Shown here one piece after another: positions 12,600 through 26,190 of a stretch of DNA of 64,000 nucleotides. Source of the stretch: Ylistrum balloti. Its lineage: Eukaryota. The notes beneath the pieces are model-generated. The model was not told where the DNA came from, made no database searches, and was given only the letters and a program-made list of their open reading frames with translations. Numbering within the stretch: position 1 is the stretch's first letter; each line of letters starts with the position of its first letter. The position numbers and the translations under genes were made by a program. The stretch is from positions 620,001 through 684,000 of the forward strand of contig NW_026782426.1 in the NCBI RefSeq assembly GCF_031769215.1. The letters are read 5' to 3'.

Positions 12600-14200
12600 T
12601 TTTCATCCAATCAACAGCCAAGGTCATTTTGAGCCTGGATCTCCTTATAGCAGCTGGTGGCAAACTCAGTGAACAAAATACAGAAGGCCCTTCCCATGCT
12701 ATCCAGAGTCAATAAGATTAAGTATCTTGTCATTAGTTCACAAACAGAACAGGACATGACAGTCCTTGAGCTCAGCTTCTTGAGTAACACAAACTGGATC
12801 TTTGTCACCAAATGTTGCTCAGTGAACAAGGATTCTGTGCTGTTGTACCAGTTGTGTCCTTGGACAAGGTCAATGTTAACTCTAATTTGAGTCACTCTGT
12901 TGATGTGACTGGATAGAGATGGCGAACACCACAAGTCCACACCCGTCTGAATCATTTTCAAATCCAAGCCAGACATGCATTCCACATTGGGGATTGTTTC
13001 TGTTGTATGAACATTAGAGAATGTGTTTCCATGAGAGAAAGGTTTGGAACAGTATCCTCTCATATTTGTTTAAGTTATTTGTCGTGGAACTGCATACCTT
13101 ACTTCCAACAGCTATACGTTTCATTGTAGTTATGATTGCATAACATGTGGTCGCTAGACGGCCATTAAATCGTCACGGAGAATATAATGTTTCTGTTCCC
13201 CCTCGTGCATAAAAACAAGAAGCATGCATCTGCTACAACAAGTCATGTGCAGTCATGCATGACGTCTGCAATCACTTTGCAACACATATCTCCTCTGACA
13301 AGACATCATCAAAACATGATCAACCATAAAATTAAGATAGGTGAATGTTCTACAAGAGCTACGAATTACCCAGCTTAATTAGCTAAGGTGCGAGTTTCCC
13401 TGATCATCAAAGACGTGCAGTTTGTACAAGAGAATATCATATCAATTATCTATCTGTGCTGGTGGTCTCTGTATCGCCATAGTGACAGATTCATGATGAA
13501 ATATTCCCAAGGTGGCAACCATCAACAGCACTGGAATGTTAAGGCTGACTCCTGGTCCCAAAAACTCTTTCATTCTACCAATTCTATTAACTACATAATA
13601 TCACCTTTTGTGCCTTTGTCATAGGAGTCTTGTCATAATTTTTTTAACCTTTTCTACACTTAGCCACACAAGCTTACAATGCAATGAACCCTTGCAATAA
13701 GTATTCTACTTGTGTTGAAGACACTTGTAACAAATGAGGTTATCTCTATAAAGATATAGGATACAGATGTTCCAACTCTTCAATATTCTTGTAATAGATG
13801 TATGTTAACAACACTCTGTCGGTGCAACTTTTCTACATCTAATCACAGAGACTCTTGAATCAAGTCTGTTACTCTATGTACAGCCATCAATTAATTCACA
13901 CCTGGGACACTGTTCATGTCTTCACGACTCTTGAAATGTACGAAGACGAACTCTGACCAGGGAGATGAATGGTCGCTATACACTTAGAAACTTTGGACTT
14001 TTGAGACAAAAGTATGTGTTACCGTGTATCTAGATTGGAAAGTCTGCACTGTAGGCCACTTACATTGTAGCTTTGGCAATAAACCTCACTGTCCATCACC
14101 ATCGGGTGCAGACAAAGGCCCCATGAAACGTCATTACATTTATGTGGAGATGTGTCCAGATTTCCAGCATGGTCCTGAGAAACATCAGGACTCTTTAAAG
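12600..14200 (-). mobile_element. Decayed DIRS-like tyrosine-recombinase retrotransposon (RNase H to YR region)
   Basis: HLHINV..., TM*VAY and IHLPGQ...ISR resemble DIRS RNase H motifs HINVLE, TTVVAY and HIPG..N..AD.LSR. LKKLSSRTVM..SVCEL...EF in ORF 12611-13063 resembles the DIRS YR N-terminus. The order fits DIRS, with many stops and frameshifts. Confidence 0.5.
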
Positions 14201-15477
14201 TACTTTGTGCTGTACATTCAACTTCTTCAATTTAACAGTTTTAGACAATTACTTTCCAACACATTACAAATTGATAAGTAAACTTCACGTAAGCATTAGC
14301 AAAATAGATTAATTATTTCAATTTTATCATCTTGTTTGCTTTACAATGTTATTGCATCATTATCTATATCATGAATACTTTATGACACAGCTATCAATTT
14401 GATGTCATAAACACTGCAACGTACACTATAGCTGTCTATTGTCAATGTCTATTCATAGTAAATGTGAGTTATGTGATAAACAGAATCTTACACTTGACTC
14501 TCCGAAATTTTGTTCCTACCTTGTCACAATAAATGAAAGGTGATTACTTTTCATTTACTAACTTTAAGAATCAGTTTAATTTCAATAGATGAAAATTTTA
14601 ATTGATATTTTTATCTGAAATCACTTCACAATAAATGTGGAACAAGGTTTGATTTTTTTAGGATTTTATGTATAATTTTTTCACCCAGTGAATTTCGGGG
14701 ATTGGCCATAATCAGCTCATGAGAAATTCTATCATGCTTTATAGAAATTCCTTAACAGTAACCTCCTAACACCGCTCAAGTCATGTGACATTAACTTTTC
14801 AAGATGCAGAAAAACAAGTAATATACAAAACCTAAGTAAAAAAAGAAATAAAAAAATATAGATGAATTTAGAGTATGACAAGGTTATTTTTACAATCCCC
14901 TTCACAATAACAAACATTTTTTCATTATCAAATGTTTTCTAAATCACCTGGCATAAGGCTCTACATATATACATATGTTCCACACTTCTGTCTAGCAGAC
15001 ACATTACAAATGACGGTACTTGACAACTGCACATGTAACTTGTCTCGTTTTACAGCACGTGTTGTCTCATACAACATGCACCCTTGGTAAAGCCAATCTC
15101 CAGTGGATCACAGTATGGGAGGTTATGTATTAAGTCAGCTTTAATGTTCAAACCCTCAACAGATCCACCATCTTGGGCCACTTAGTCCATTTCTTTCACA
15201 ACCAGCTGACATGCTCAAAATTATTCCCTTGTGTGCAAGTTAACACATACCAAACCTTCGTTTTTGTACCATTTTCGAAATCACCATGAATACGATATGC
15301 ATAAAAAAGGCGATCTTGAATATCATTCTGGAAAATAAATCTGTTGGTTTCCATTCCACAAACTCTTTCCTGATGGTTGAAATTTCATTCTTTGAAGTTG
15401 ATTCTGTAGGTACTTTTTTGTGGAGTTAACAAAATATTGCATTCTTTAACAAAGTCAAGTGATATTGAAACATGTTT

Positions 15478-15979
15478 TGTGATGATGTCTAACAATTTTT
15501 CACAATGTTTGGTGATGTTTAACAATGTTTGGTGATGTTTAACAATATTTGGTGATGTTTCACAATGTTTGGTGATGTTTAACAATATTTCACAATGTTT
15601 GGTAATGTTTAATAAAATTCGGTGATATTACCAATGTTTGGTGATGTTTACCAATGTTTGGTGATATGTAACAATATTTGGTGATGTTTTAACAATATTT
15701 GGTGATGTTTAACAATGTTTGATGGTGTTTAACAATATTTGATGATGTTTAACAATATTTGGTGATGTTTAACAATATTTGGTGATGTTTAACAATGTTT
15801 AACAATGTTTGATGATGTTTAACTATTTTATGATGTTTAACAATATTTGATGATGTTTAACAATATTTCATGATGTTTAGCAATATTTGGTTATGTCTAA
15901 CATTATTTGGTGATGTTTAACAATGTTTGGTGATGTTTAACAATGTTTGGTGATGGTTAACAATGTTTGGTGATGTTTA
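15478..15979. repeat. 20-bp minisatellite GGTGATGTTT-AACAAT(A/G)TTT built from two 10-bp halves
   Basis: About 25 degenerate units. Confidence 0.95.
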
Positions 15980-16227
15980 TTGATAAAAATTGTGATTTGA
16001 CCAGTCTGCATGATGATCCCTATATATGATAACTTCATGGGTTGCTATGGAAGCGATAGTTAACATCAGCTACAATCATAATATCTTATTGAAATATCTT
16101 ATGTAGAGGTCATAAAGGTCAACTCTAAAGGTCAGAAAGGTCAGCTGTAGTTTTCTGAAATGTATCCTTTTATATGTCAGACAGAATCATATCTCCTGCT
16201 TTGTAGATTGGAACATTGTATCAACTG

Positions 16228-16303
16228 AATCCACAAATCCATCAACAATCCACAGTTCCACCAACAATCCACAAATCCACCAACAATCCACAGATCTACC
16301 AAC
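16228..16303. repeat. 19-bp tandem repeat AATCCACAAATCCACCAAC
   Basis: About 4 copies. Confidence 0.8.
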
Positions 16304-17209
16304 CCAGCCCTCCTAAACCTTTAACTAAGTCTCCATCTCTTAGATGTCCATTTAACATATTAACAGAACAACTCTAAATACTACAACTTGTCAATAAAAA
16401 TTCTCATAAAAACACGGACAACTGACCCTTTATAGATAAAGATACTAATCACTTCTGACTCCTTCAGCAAGGATACATGGTCCCTGTAGGATAATCAACC
16501 TTCTCCTAGCCATGTGTGTCTGTGAATTAGGTCAACAATATAGCTTTTCAACTTTTCCAGAACTTTCACAGCTCCAAGTCAGTGAGAAAATAAATACATT
16601 TCAACACACAGTCCTCAAAAGCACTTTATTAGACCAGATATTTACCCTACTTAACCCCTAACTGTTTCAGTCCTCTTAAACTGACTCTACTCTGACATTG
16701 ACTGTCCCTACTACTAAACCCTACCTTCACCCCTGACCCCTGAATCACACCTGTAACCCCTAACACAATCACTACATTGACCTATATTATATATAGGTAT
16801 CATATGACACCCTCCTACTAAGTTTTAACGATAAAATAAGATTCCCAGAGCTTTTTTATGTATTAAACACAGCAGAATCATGGTTAGTGAGAGTCTTATG
16901 TCACATATACATGCATGTACACTTGCACCTGTGTGACAAGTGTTTTTATGATCAGATCACCTTCATTTATAAGCTTGGTAAAGAAGCCATTTACAAACTC
17001 AACCCCTCACTTTCTCACAGATTTCTATCTGTAGACTAAGCACAGTCCTATACATGTCTTGTTCTCAAAAAGGAAATGAAGGAATTTAAAGTCAGAGATT
17101 AACCAGGAGATTTTGTTTTAAATTATGAGTTTTGAATCAAATTTTCCTAACATAACATGCCTTGATTGCCAACCTCCGTCAAACACTGCAGTATTTCATA
17201 AACATTATA

Positions 17210-17545
17210 CAGCTAAACCTGTCAATAAAGGTCACTCACAGGACCTGAGAAAAGTGGTCTATATAGGCAAATGACCTTTATATAGAGGTGCAAAGACTCA
17301 ATTGTATAACATTGCAAACTTAATCAAGAGGCCAAGAGTTGAGTTTATAGACAGGTGCATGTAATATAGAGGTGACCTTTATAGACAGATGTTTGTAATT
17401 TAGAATTAGCCTTTAAAAACGAGAGTATGATTTAGGAGTGACCTTAACAGACAGGTGCATGTAATTTAGGGGGTGGTCTTTATAGACAGGTGTTTGTAAT
17501 CAAATGGTGTTCATGGTCTTTATTAGACAGGTGTTTGTTTAAAGA
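17210..17545 (+). mobile_element. Tc1/mariner-type MITE relic with internal GAGGTGACCTTTATAGACAG subrepeats
   Basis: TA|CAGCTAAACCTG start. Same family as 23596-23782. Confidence 0.5.
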
Positions 17546-17600
17546 AAGTGATATAAATTTCATGGATAACCAATACAGAAAGTCAAAAATGCACTCTTGA

Positions 17601-17995
17601 TATCATAGCCCCTGGATCAGGGCCTATATCATGGCCCCTAGATCAGGGCTGATATCATGGCCCCTGTTCAGGGCCTATATCATGGCCTCTGGATCAGGGC
17701 CTATATCATGACCTCTGGGTCAGGGCCTATATCATGGCCCCTGTTCAGGGCCTATATCATGGCCTCTGGGTCAGGGCCTATATCATGGCCCCTGTTCAGG
17801 GCCTATATCATGGCCTCTGGATCAGGGCCTATATCATGGCCTCTGGGTCAGGGCCTATATCCAGGGCCTATATCATGGCCTCTGGATCAGGGCCTATATC
17901 ATGGCCTCTGGGTCAGGGCCTATATCATAGCCTCTGGGTCAGGGCTTATATCATGGCCCTTGGATCAGGGCTGATATCATGGACCCTGGATCTGG
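17601..17995. repeat. 25-26-bp minisatellite TCAGGGCCTATATCATGGCC(C/T)CTGG
   Basis: About 15 units, ending about 40 bp from the donor site of the ATG exon. Confidence 0.95.
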
Positions 17996-18036
17996 GCTGT
18001 CTCTTTTAATATAAAAGCAAGTTAAAACAGACTTAC

Positions 18037-18118
18037 CTCTAGCGATGATGAGGAGTGAGACTGACAAGTACAGCCAGCTCTGGACAAACATCTTCTGCCA
18101 ACTTCTATAAGATTCCAT
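18037..18118 (-). CDS. First coding exon of a candidate small secreted protein (MESYRSWQKMFVQSWLYLSVSLLIIAR + 1 nt)
   Basis: Exon 18037-18190 has acceptor ...ttttcag|GTG and donor AGAG|GTAAGT. All three frames are closed at the 5' end of the exon. ATG at 18118 and a second in-frame ATG at 18091 are followed by a hydrophobic stretch. The exon ends in phase 1. Confidence 0.6.
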
Positions 18119-21100
18119 CACTTTTTATACAGATATCACTTAAAACTTCACAAAATATTCTGTTCACTAAATCCAGTTAGACTTGTTCACCTGAAAATAC
18201 ACCAAAAATACACAGAGATTAACAAAGTTTTAAAAATTTAACATCAGACAAATATAGAGCATTTAACTAAATTTTATGAATAAACACATTGACAAGGAAA
18301 AGCTATTACACACCAACAAGACCAGATCTGATATGTTTACATGACTTAATAAACATGTTTTCATGTATGTAAATATAAATATATTTATAAGCAGATAAAT
18401 CTATTTGTTTTTATTGATTTTTTTTTCATGAAAATTTCACAGAAATGTTTTGGTTAGATATTTACACTTATATTAAATTATATGTTTTATAAATCAGTTT
18501 GAAATAAATTTTGATTTTCATCAAAGTTACCTTGACTAACCCATCAACTACACCTTCATTCACCACTGAGAAACAACGGTAACAAACAGAAGTTAAAGTC
18601 TGAAATTTTGAACCATCTAAATCTCAGACAAAAAAAAATCCCAAGATCAGCATAAGTCTCGGAGAGAAATTAAATAAAAAAAAGATTTATATCTTCCCAG
18701 GATAACTCCGTAGACAGGAAAGGCTGTGTTTAGCCAACAAGATTTGGAATGAGACAAACATCAAAGTGTATATTTGCCCATCAGATAGAGAGTTAAACTT
18801 GCATGATAAAACGATAACCATAAACATTGTAATATCTGACCTTCTCAATTCTCTTATTTCTAAATTATCCTAAAAATTGTACCAAAATAGCCACATAAAT
18901 AAAAAAGACATAAAACGCAGGATAATGCCTTTTTGATTTTTGTTCCGAGATTTTTTCGTTCACTTACTTGAATGACATTTAAAGAGAAATCTCCTGTGAG
19001 AAGATATGCTTATCAATAAATGTGTTTTTATTCCACGTTGCTGCAGACAGTTGGTCAGCCATAGAGATTGTTTCGGTAACTACCAGACCAGATCTTTTAT
19101 GATCAAGGGAGACAACTCAGCCGTACAGGATTTTATAACCTTTAATGGCCTCCAACATCTAGACATTTAACCAAGCCTCTGTGATTTTATCATCTTTCAG
19201 GAATTTTTATATCAAATCAAGGAAGATAATTCAATATCTTTTAATGTCTTTTTCTGACCTTTGACCTGGTGGAGCATTCTGGTCTATCAACAGACTATTG
19301 AAGAACTATTGCCACGATTCAAATATGATGTGTATAATCATATTTCAGCAAATCTAATTAATAGTTTATTTAATACTCTTGAGAGCGTATGAACATGTAT
19401 GAAATGTAGACTAAGGATTTCATTTTTTTCAAAAATATTTCATTTTTTTCAAAAAATTCAAAGCCATCTTATTATTTCTAAAAAGAAGATTAATAAACTG
19501 AACATTTGGAGAAAAAAAATAATTTCCAATATCCACAAACAGCTTTCTTAGACTTTGTGAGAATATTTAAAGTGAATTTCTCTACAGTCAAATTTTTAAA
19601 ATGATATACATAAGTTTTTACATTAACATTTTCAAAGTCAGGATTTTGCTAAAACTATTAAAAATGAATTTTTAAGAAATCTGTGATGTTTATGCTGTTT
19701 TTTTTTTTTTTTTTTTGTCCTTTGCAATTTCAATTAGAAATACCCAACATTATCTGTAATCACCATTCCTTTGAAATCTTAAAGTATCTCCAGAAAGTCA
19801 TCATTATATTGTTCAATTCTGATCAATCAGCCATGTTATGTAAAACCAGTTTTGTATCTGTCATCATGACTATAAAATTCTCTCAAGCACTAAGACAGTA
19901 GACAATATGGCTGCTGGACCATCTGACGGATTTAATCACCAATAATCACACATACAGGTGAGAATAGACTGTCGAAGCTGAATAATAAAACTAATCATTC
20001 TTTGACTGTTATCCACACAGTCTTGTTAGAATGATGAAACAATTCTGCCATTAGAAAGAACCGATGGCATGTTTAGTGGTCATTTGGACCATCGGAACCA
20101 GCCATAGGCAAAACAGTCAGTCAATTCATTACCATAGCGTCAAATTAGTGTGGGCTCTGACACTGACCAGACATAGTTAAACTGGACACCAAACTTTCAC
20201 TCTTTTTGGTCTGGCATGCAAACATTTCACTTTCATTCCACAATGTGTTTCAGTACTGGCTGCACCAAACAGTAAGCCAAAAACACCGATTATGAAGATT
20301 TCGGTATAATTTAAGCCATCATTTTGAGTATTACTAGACCTAAACACACAAAATTTTACAAAGCTTTGCCCTTAGTGCTGTGTTGAAATTCTGTCCTAGA
20401 ACAAGTTTTTACGATATCTGTACGCCCCTAGTCACAACTTTTGTTTACATGTCTCCTACATCTGGTGTGATGCTCCACTCCCTAACACAATCTGCATTGT
20501 ACCTCTTAAAAGCTTACTCATCACAATCATTCCCAAATAATATACAACTATATTTTATTTTAAAAAACTTTCAATTCCACTCATTCCTAAGGCATGCAGT
20601 TGTTAATCAGGAAATCTGAACTTTTAGCAGAAGCTAACTCATCAACTGTTTTCCATTCCTGTCAACAAGAACATGCCAGTATATTTCATTCACCTATTTC
20701 AAGTTTAATATAGATTTCTGCCAGATCACCAAGCCCTGATGTGTAAATTTCACATCATTCATGACAATCTATTACATTTCCCTTCAAGTACATTTCGTTT
20801 TTCAGAATACCATTTCCGCTCAGACTTGATCTCCACGTCCCAAGCACAATCAAAAACATTTTTATTCGTCCAATTTTTTTTCCTCCTCATCAAGTAAAAG
20901 GCCAAAAAACTAGTTTTACATTCATCGTCATAGTAATTACAACGTCCAAACTTCTTACATGCCTGTGTTGGCCTCTTATTAATTTTCCAATCATCTGTAA
21001 AATTGCAACATCTGTATCGGAGTCGCATATGGCTTTCCGACCAAAAGGCCTGTGTATGGTGAGCTTTGTTTTGGGTACAGTAAGGTTATGTAAGGAATCT

Positions 21101-21819
21101 ATGTAGAAATGAAACATCGTTACAGAAACACGTTATTTGAATGGATTATAAATAAGAAATTCAAATGATTTATCTTGACGCTAAGAGGTTGCCATGTAGA
21201 GCAAGTTTGGAACTTTTTACGTCACTGAGTGTGAAAGAAAATATTTCAATATCATAACTTTTAACACATTTCTGTTTAATTTAAAACACAGTTTAAGTCA
21301 GGTTACACATTAAGTGGGCCTAACCAGAAAATTGTTGGGTTGATTTACAGCTGAAAAAGGTTCAAGTTCACAGATAAAATGCTACTTTGTATTTGTAAGT
21401 AACAGCAAACAGATTTTCAAAAAATTATAACTTTTTAAAGCAAGTCTCTTCTGTTCGTATAATTTGTATACATTTTTATAATGTTCTTGTATGGTGTTTT
21501 AGTGAATTGTATTCAGTTCTTGAAATTCCATTTCAACACAGTATTAAGCCCTGTTAATACACTTGGTCCTCACCACAGACACATATTTGAGTCTTGTTAA
21601 TCTAGACATACCATGCTTTACATACTAATCCCAATTTCATTTACTTTCCTATTCAAAATGCTCCACATCTGAATGTTTCACTAATTTTTGCTTCAAGATT
21701 CCTTTACGGTCAACTTTGTTTGTAGTATAAGACATTTCTCAACTCTTAACAGTTTCCTGACCATTTTATTCAAATAGAATTCTCCCACTTGTTTTCTAAA
21801 AAATATACATAACTTTCCC

Positions 21820-22390
21820 AAGTCAAGAGTATCAGAACAACTGATAAATTCTCCCCAAAAAATGATTTTACTTTAAATAATATTTAAACAAAGGGCAATT
21901 TTTCTGTAATTAAGGGGTTGCAAGTCCTTACTTTCATATACATTGTCTTAGTATGATCAATAAATACACAAAGTTTTATTATTTTCTAGTTTAAATGCAA
22001 ACAAGTTATGTTCCAGAGACAAAATTAAAACAAAGGGCATTAACTCCAAAATCAAATGGTTGTTGGCCCTGACTTTTAACCATTGTACAACATCTTAGTA
22101 TCACTATATACACCAAGTTTCATTATCCTAGTATAAATGAGAGCAAAGTTATGCTCCACACACGAAATTTGAACAAAAGCTATTAACTCTGTAATTGGAA
22201 GGTTACGGGTCCTGACTTTGCTACGGTACACTGCACATTGTCTTAGTATAACCAATGTATACAAATTTCATGATCCTGGCTTAACTAAGGGGGCAGAGTT
22301 CTGCAGCACATACAAAAGGACAGATAGAAAGATAGATGGACAGGCAAAGTGGCAACTATGAATACCACTGAAAATTTTCAGGAAGCATAA
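21820..22390 (+). mobile_element. AAAGGGCAATAACTC-core dispersed element (Helentron/MITE-like)
   Basis: Core variants at about 21891 and 22030, CCAAGTTTCAT motifs, and a GGACAGA-type microsatellite near the 3' end. Confidence 0.5.
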
Positions 22391-22845
22391 AATAACTTTA
22401 TAGGTAAACACAAATATCCAATTTATAACTTATTCTGCAATAAGCCCGGGGACCAGCACATTACCTCTGATTCTGAGCTGGGGGTTTGGTATCTTATAGT
22501 TAAAAAAAGCATTCATTGCTGATTAGACAGTAAATATATATATATATGAGTGGGCTTATTACCAAGCATGGGCATTTTGCAGGATACAGAGGGTAATTCT
22601 ATATATATATGATTTGCTCCACTAAGTAACTTTAGATAAACACATGTACTTTTATATCTATCTTGGTGTAGAAACTAACAGGGAATGTGTTGTCTTGAGT
22701 ACCAATCCTTCTCCAATCATTGTCTTTGGAACACCATTGGCCATAGTAAACACATGAATCACTCCTCAGTGTTTCCGTGGTAACAAGTTTACATTGTTGC
22801 CGTGACGATCATCATCAGAACTTTGCAATAGTCTTAAAAACTCAC

Positions 22846-22971
22846 CAATTACATAAGAGCTTGTGCATCGCAAGGAGAGACGGAAAAAAAAATTAGCAGA
22901 GTTATGGAGTCGAAAATGAGGTACTTGGTGACGCATCTCTATAATGGCAACACCAGCGATAATGCACATGC
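22846..22971 (-). other. Candidate 5' UTR or first exon
   Basis: Donor ATTG|GTGAGT, possible acceptor tttctatgcag|, and local CpG enrichment. Lies 4.7 kb upstream of the ATG exon. Confidence 0.35.
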
Positions 22972-23595
22972 CTGCATAGAAACACCTGCTTCCTTAGTTA
23001 CCAACCTGTATAGGAAATGCATGTTCTATTATGTGAGGTTTATTTCACTAAATGCCACCAGGACCTTGTAAATCCACTAGACGGAGGCAAGAGTTTACAT
23101 TTACATGACAACATGCTACATTTAATTAGAAAGTTTTATTTCAAAATAAAATTACTACGAAGATTAAAAGCTTGTTTTTCCATGCGTTGTCTAATTAGAG
23201 TTTGATTTCATTACTGTTAAAAGTTTTTCTGTTGAAAGTTTATGTCGGTGTGGAGATGAGATTGCTTTTAGTTTGAATAGCTTTTACATAAGAATAAAAA
23301 TTTTAGTATAGATATGTACCTGTACATACAAAGGTCGCCTAGTACAGTTTCATTTACAAGTCAATGGTAAATAGAGAGAATAAAACAAACTAATTTTTCC
23401 TTTTTCATCAGAAAAAATTAAAAAACAACAGAGACGAATTCAAACCAATAGATCTTATATCACTAAAAGGTGTAATCTAATTTTTAAAATACAAAAAATG
23501 TCCTATTTCAAATAACGTAGACCGAGGAATTTTAACAAGAATTTGAACACCAACCTTTTATCATTTAGAGTTGATTGTACTACACAAAGGTGATA

Positions 23596-23782
23596 CAGTC
23601 AAACCTATCTATAATGGTCACCAAAGGGAATAGGTAAAGTGGCCCTTATAGGCAGGTGGCCTTTTCGTAGAGGTCTGATTGTTACTTATTGTATTGCAAG
23701 CACGTGGCAGGTATGGCCAGCTAGGTAGCCTTAACAGACAAGTGGCTGTTACATAGAACAGCTTTTCAGGCAAGATTGATTG
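23596..23782 (+). mobile_element. Tc1/mariner-type MITE
   Basis: Flanked by TA on both sides, with imperfect TIRs (CAGTCAAACCT ... AAGATTGATTG) and internal GGTGGCC subrepeats. Confidence 0.6.
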
Positions 23783-25310
23783 TATCTATAGCCAAATACT
23801 CATAGTGTTTATCCAGCCTTAGCATCTTGCTTTAAGACATCGATCAGTTAAAGAAAACTTTCATCAAAATTTTTAGATATTGGATAATCTTGGTCGGCTG
23901 AATGCTATTGAATTCCTCGAACAATTTCTTAACACTTTTTCTATTGTTTCCATATATTTCATATACACATGTACAAAACGAGAAAAAACTGCCGAAAAGA
24001 AAGGAGAGCAATGACCTCTGGTAACCTTGAACAGGACTGTAAGTGTACCTGGGCTAATTAGATGACATTCTTACTATCTGTATCTCTTACATCTACATCT
24101 ACAAGCATCAGTTTCACCATGAATAGATGACAGTGATAAGTAATCTGATGAAGAATGAGGAAGATGTATGTATAATGTTTCTTAAAATGATGAGTTCTTC
24201 GGCAGCCTCACAAATTGATGACAGAGTTTGGCACCAGGGGGAGTTATAAGTGTATCTGTACTTTTAGGACTGATGGGAAATTTGTTTTCTCCTTAATTGA
24301 TATTGTGCATGAAGAGTGCTGTCACACTAGTAACACCATCAAAGTATCTGTATTGTATAATGTGTTTAAACATTGTAAACATACATTTATCTGGTATTAA
24401 GCCCACCCAGTTGCAGTTCAGTAGTAAAGAAATTCTATTTCAATATAATGTAAAATGCTTACCCATTTTTTATTACCACTGAGATACACATGGTGTTAGG
24501 CTGAAGTTTTCCCCATTAGGGTAACCTGGTCCTCCATTAATAAATATCATTGCAAAGGAGATAGTTAAAATCTGAGTCCTTGATAGCTTTGAAGATTCAT
24601 TATAAATTTACATATAAGGGGAGATAATCTTAATCACTCAACAAAGATAAAGTGTGGTAGTAACTTCTTGATAGCCTTGACCTTTATTTACAATTTTATT
24701 TATAAGGGGAGATAATCCAAATTTCTCAACACACTTAATATAAGTGATAAATCTTTGGTAACACTGAACTTCATCCGCAGACTTTGCTGCAGAAGTGATA
24801 ATCCAAATCTCTTACCACAGTAAACTTCCGAGATACATTAACTTCATGGCAGGGGAGACAATCACATAACCTACTTATTGTTTAGTGATAAATCCTGTAG
24901 ACAGATAACAAGCATGCTGAGTGACCTAAAACAAGGAGTTGGCGTTTCTTTGTAGTTATGTAAGGCACATGGGCATACACCTAGCCTTCTACCCTATCAA
25001 ACCTAACGACTCGAGACAGACATAGACAACAGGAGTAACACAATATAGTTACACCCAGCACCACTGTCAATCACCAGCATTTGTGACTGATGACACACAC
25101 TATGTAACAGAGGCAATGATCTATGGGTTATACTAAAAATGTTTCTCTTTTTTTTCAAGCCAGCAGTAAAGCATAACCAGTATAAAAAACAGTGACATTA
25201 TTTTTAGAAAAAATCTAAATACATGTGCTTGTACACATAAAAAAACATCCATTCCAGAACAATAGAATATTGTCAGGACAATATAGCTGATGTATAATGC
25301 CTCTTTATTC

Positions 25311-26190
25311 AAGTATCATCTCAGGCAATAGACATTGTCCCTTCATCAACTCTGTAACTATCCAAGTATCATCTCTGGCAAAAGACATTGTCCCTTCATC
25401 AACTCTGTAACTGTCTAAGTATCATCTCAGGCAATAGACATTGTCCCTTCATCAACTCTGTAACTATCCAAGTATCATCTCTGGCAATAGACATTGTCCC
25501 TTTATCAACTCTGTAACTATCAAAGTATTATCTCAGGCAGTAGACATTGTCCCTTCATCAACTCTGTAACTATCCCAGTATCATCTCAGGCAGTAGACAT
25601 TGTCCCTTCATCAACTCTGTAACTATCCCAGTATCATCTCAGGCAAAAGACATTGTCCCTTCATCAACTCTGTAACTATCCAAGTATCATCTCAGGCAGT
25701 AGACATTGTCCCTTCATCAACTCTGTAACTGTCCAAGTATCATCTCAGGCAATAGACATTGTCCCTTCATCAACTCTGTAACTGTCCAAGTATCATCTCA
25801 GGCAATAGACATTGTCCCTTCATCAACTCTGTAACTGTCCAAGTATCATCTCAGGCAGTAGACATTGTCCCTTCATCAACTCTGTAACTGTCTAAGTATC
25901 ATCTCAGGCAGTAGACATTGTCCCTTCATCAACTCTGTAACTGTCCAAGTATCATCTCAGGCAATAGACATTGTCCCTTCATCAACTCTGTAACTGTCCA
26001 AGTATCATCTCAGGCAATAGACATTGTCCCTTCATCAACTCTGTAACTGTCTAAGTATCATCTCAGGCAATAGACACTGTCCCTTCATCAACTCTGTAAC
26101 TAAGTATCATCTCAGGCAATAGACATTGTCCCTTCATCAACTCTGTAACTGTCCAAGTATCATCTCAGGCAATAGACATTGTCCCTTCAT
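25311..26190. repeat. 53-bp minisatellite AAGTATCATCTCAGGCAATAGACATTGTCCCTTCATCAACTCTGTAACT(A/G)TCC
   Basis: About 16.5 highly similar copies. Confidence 0.97.
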
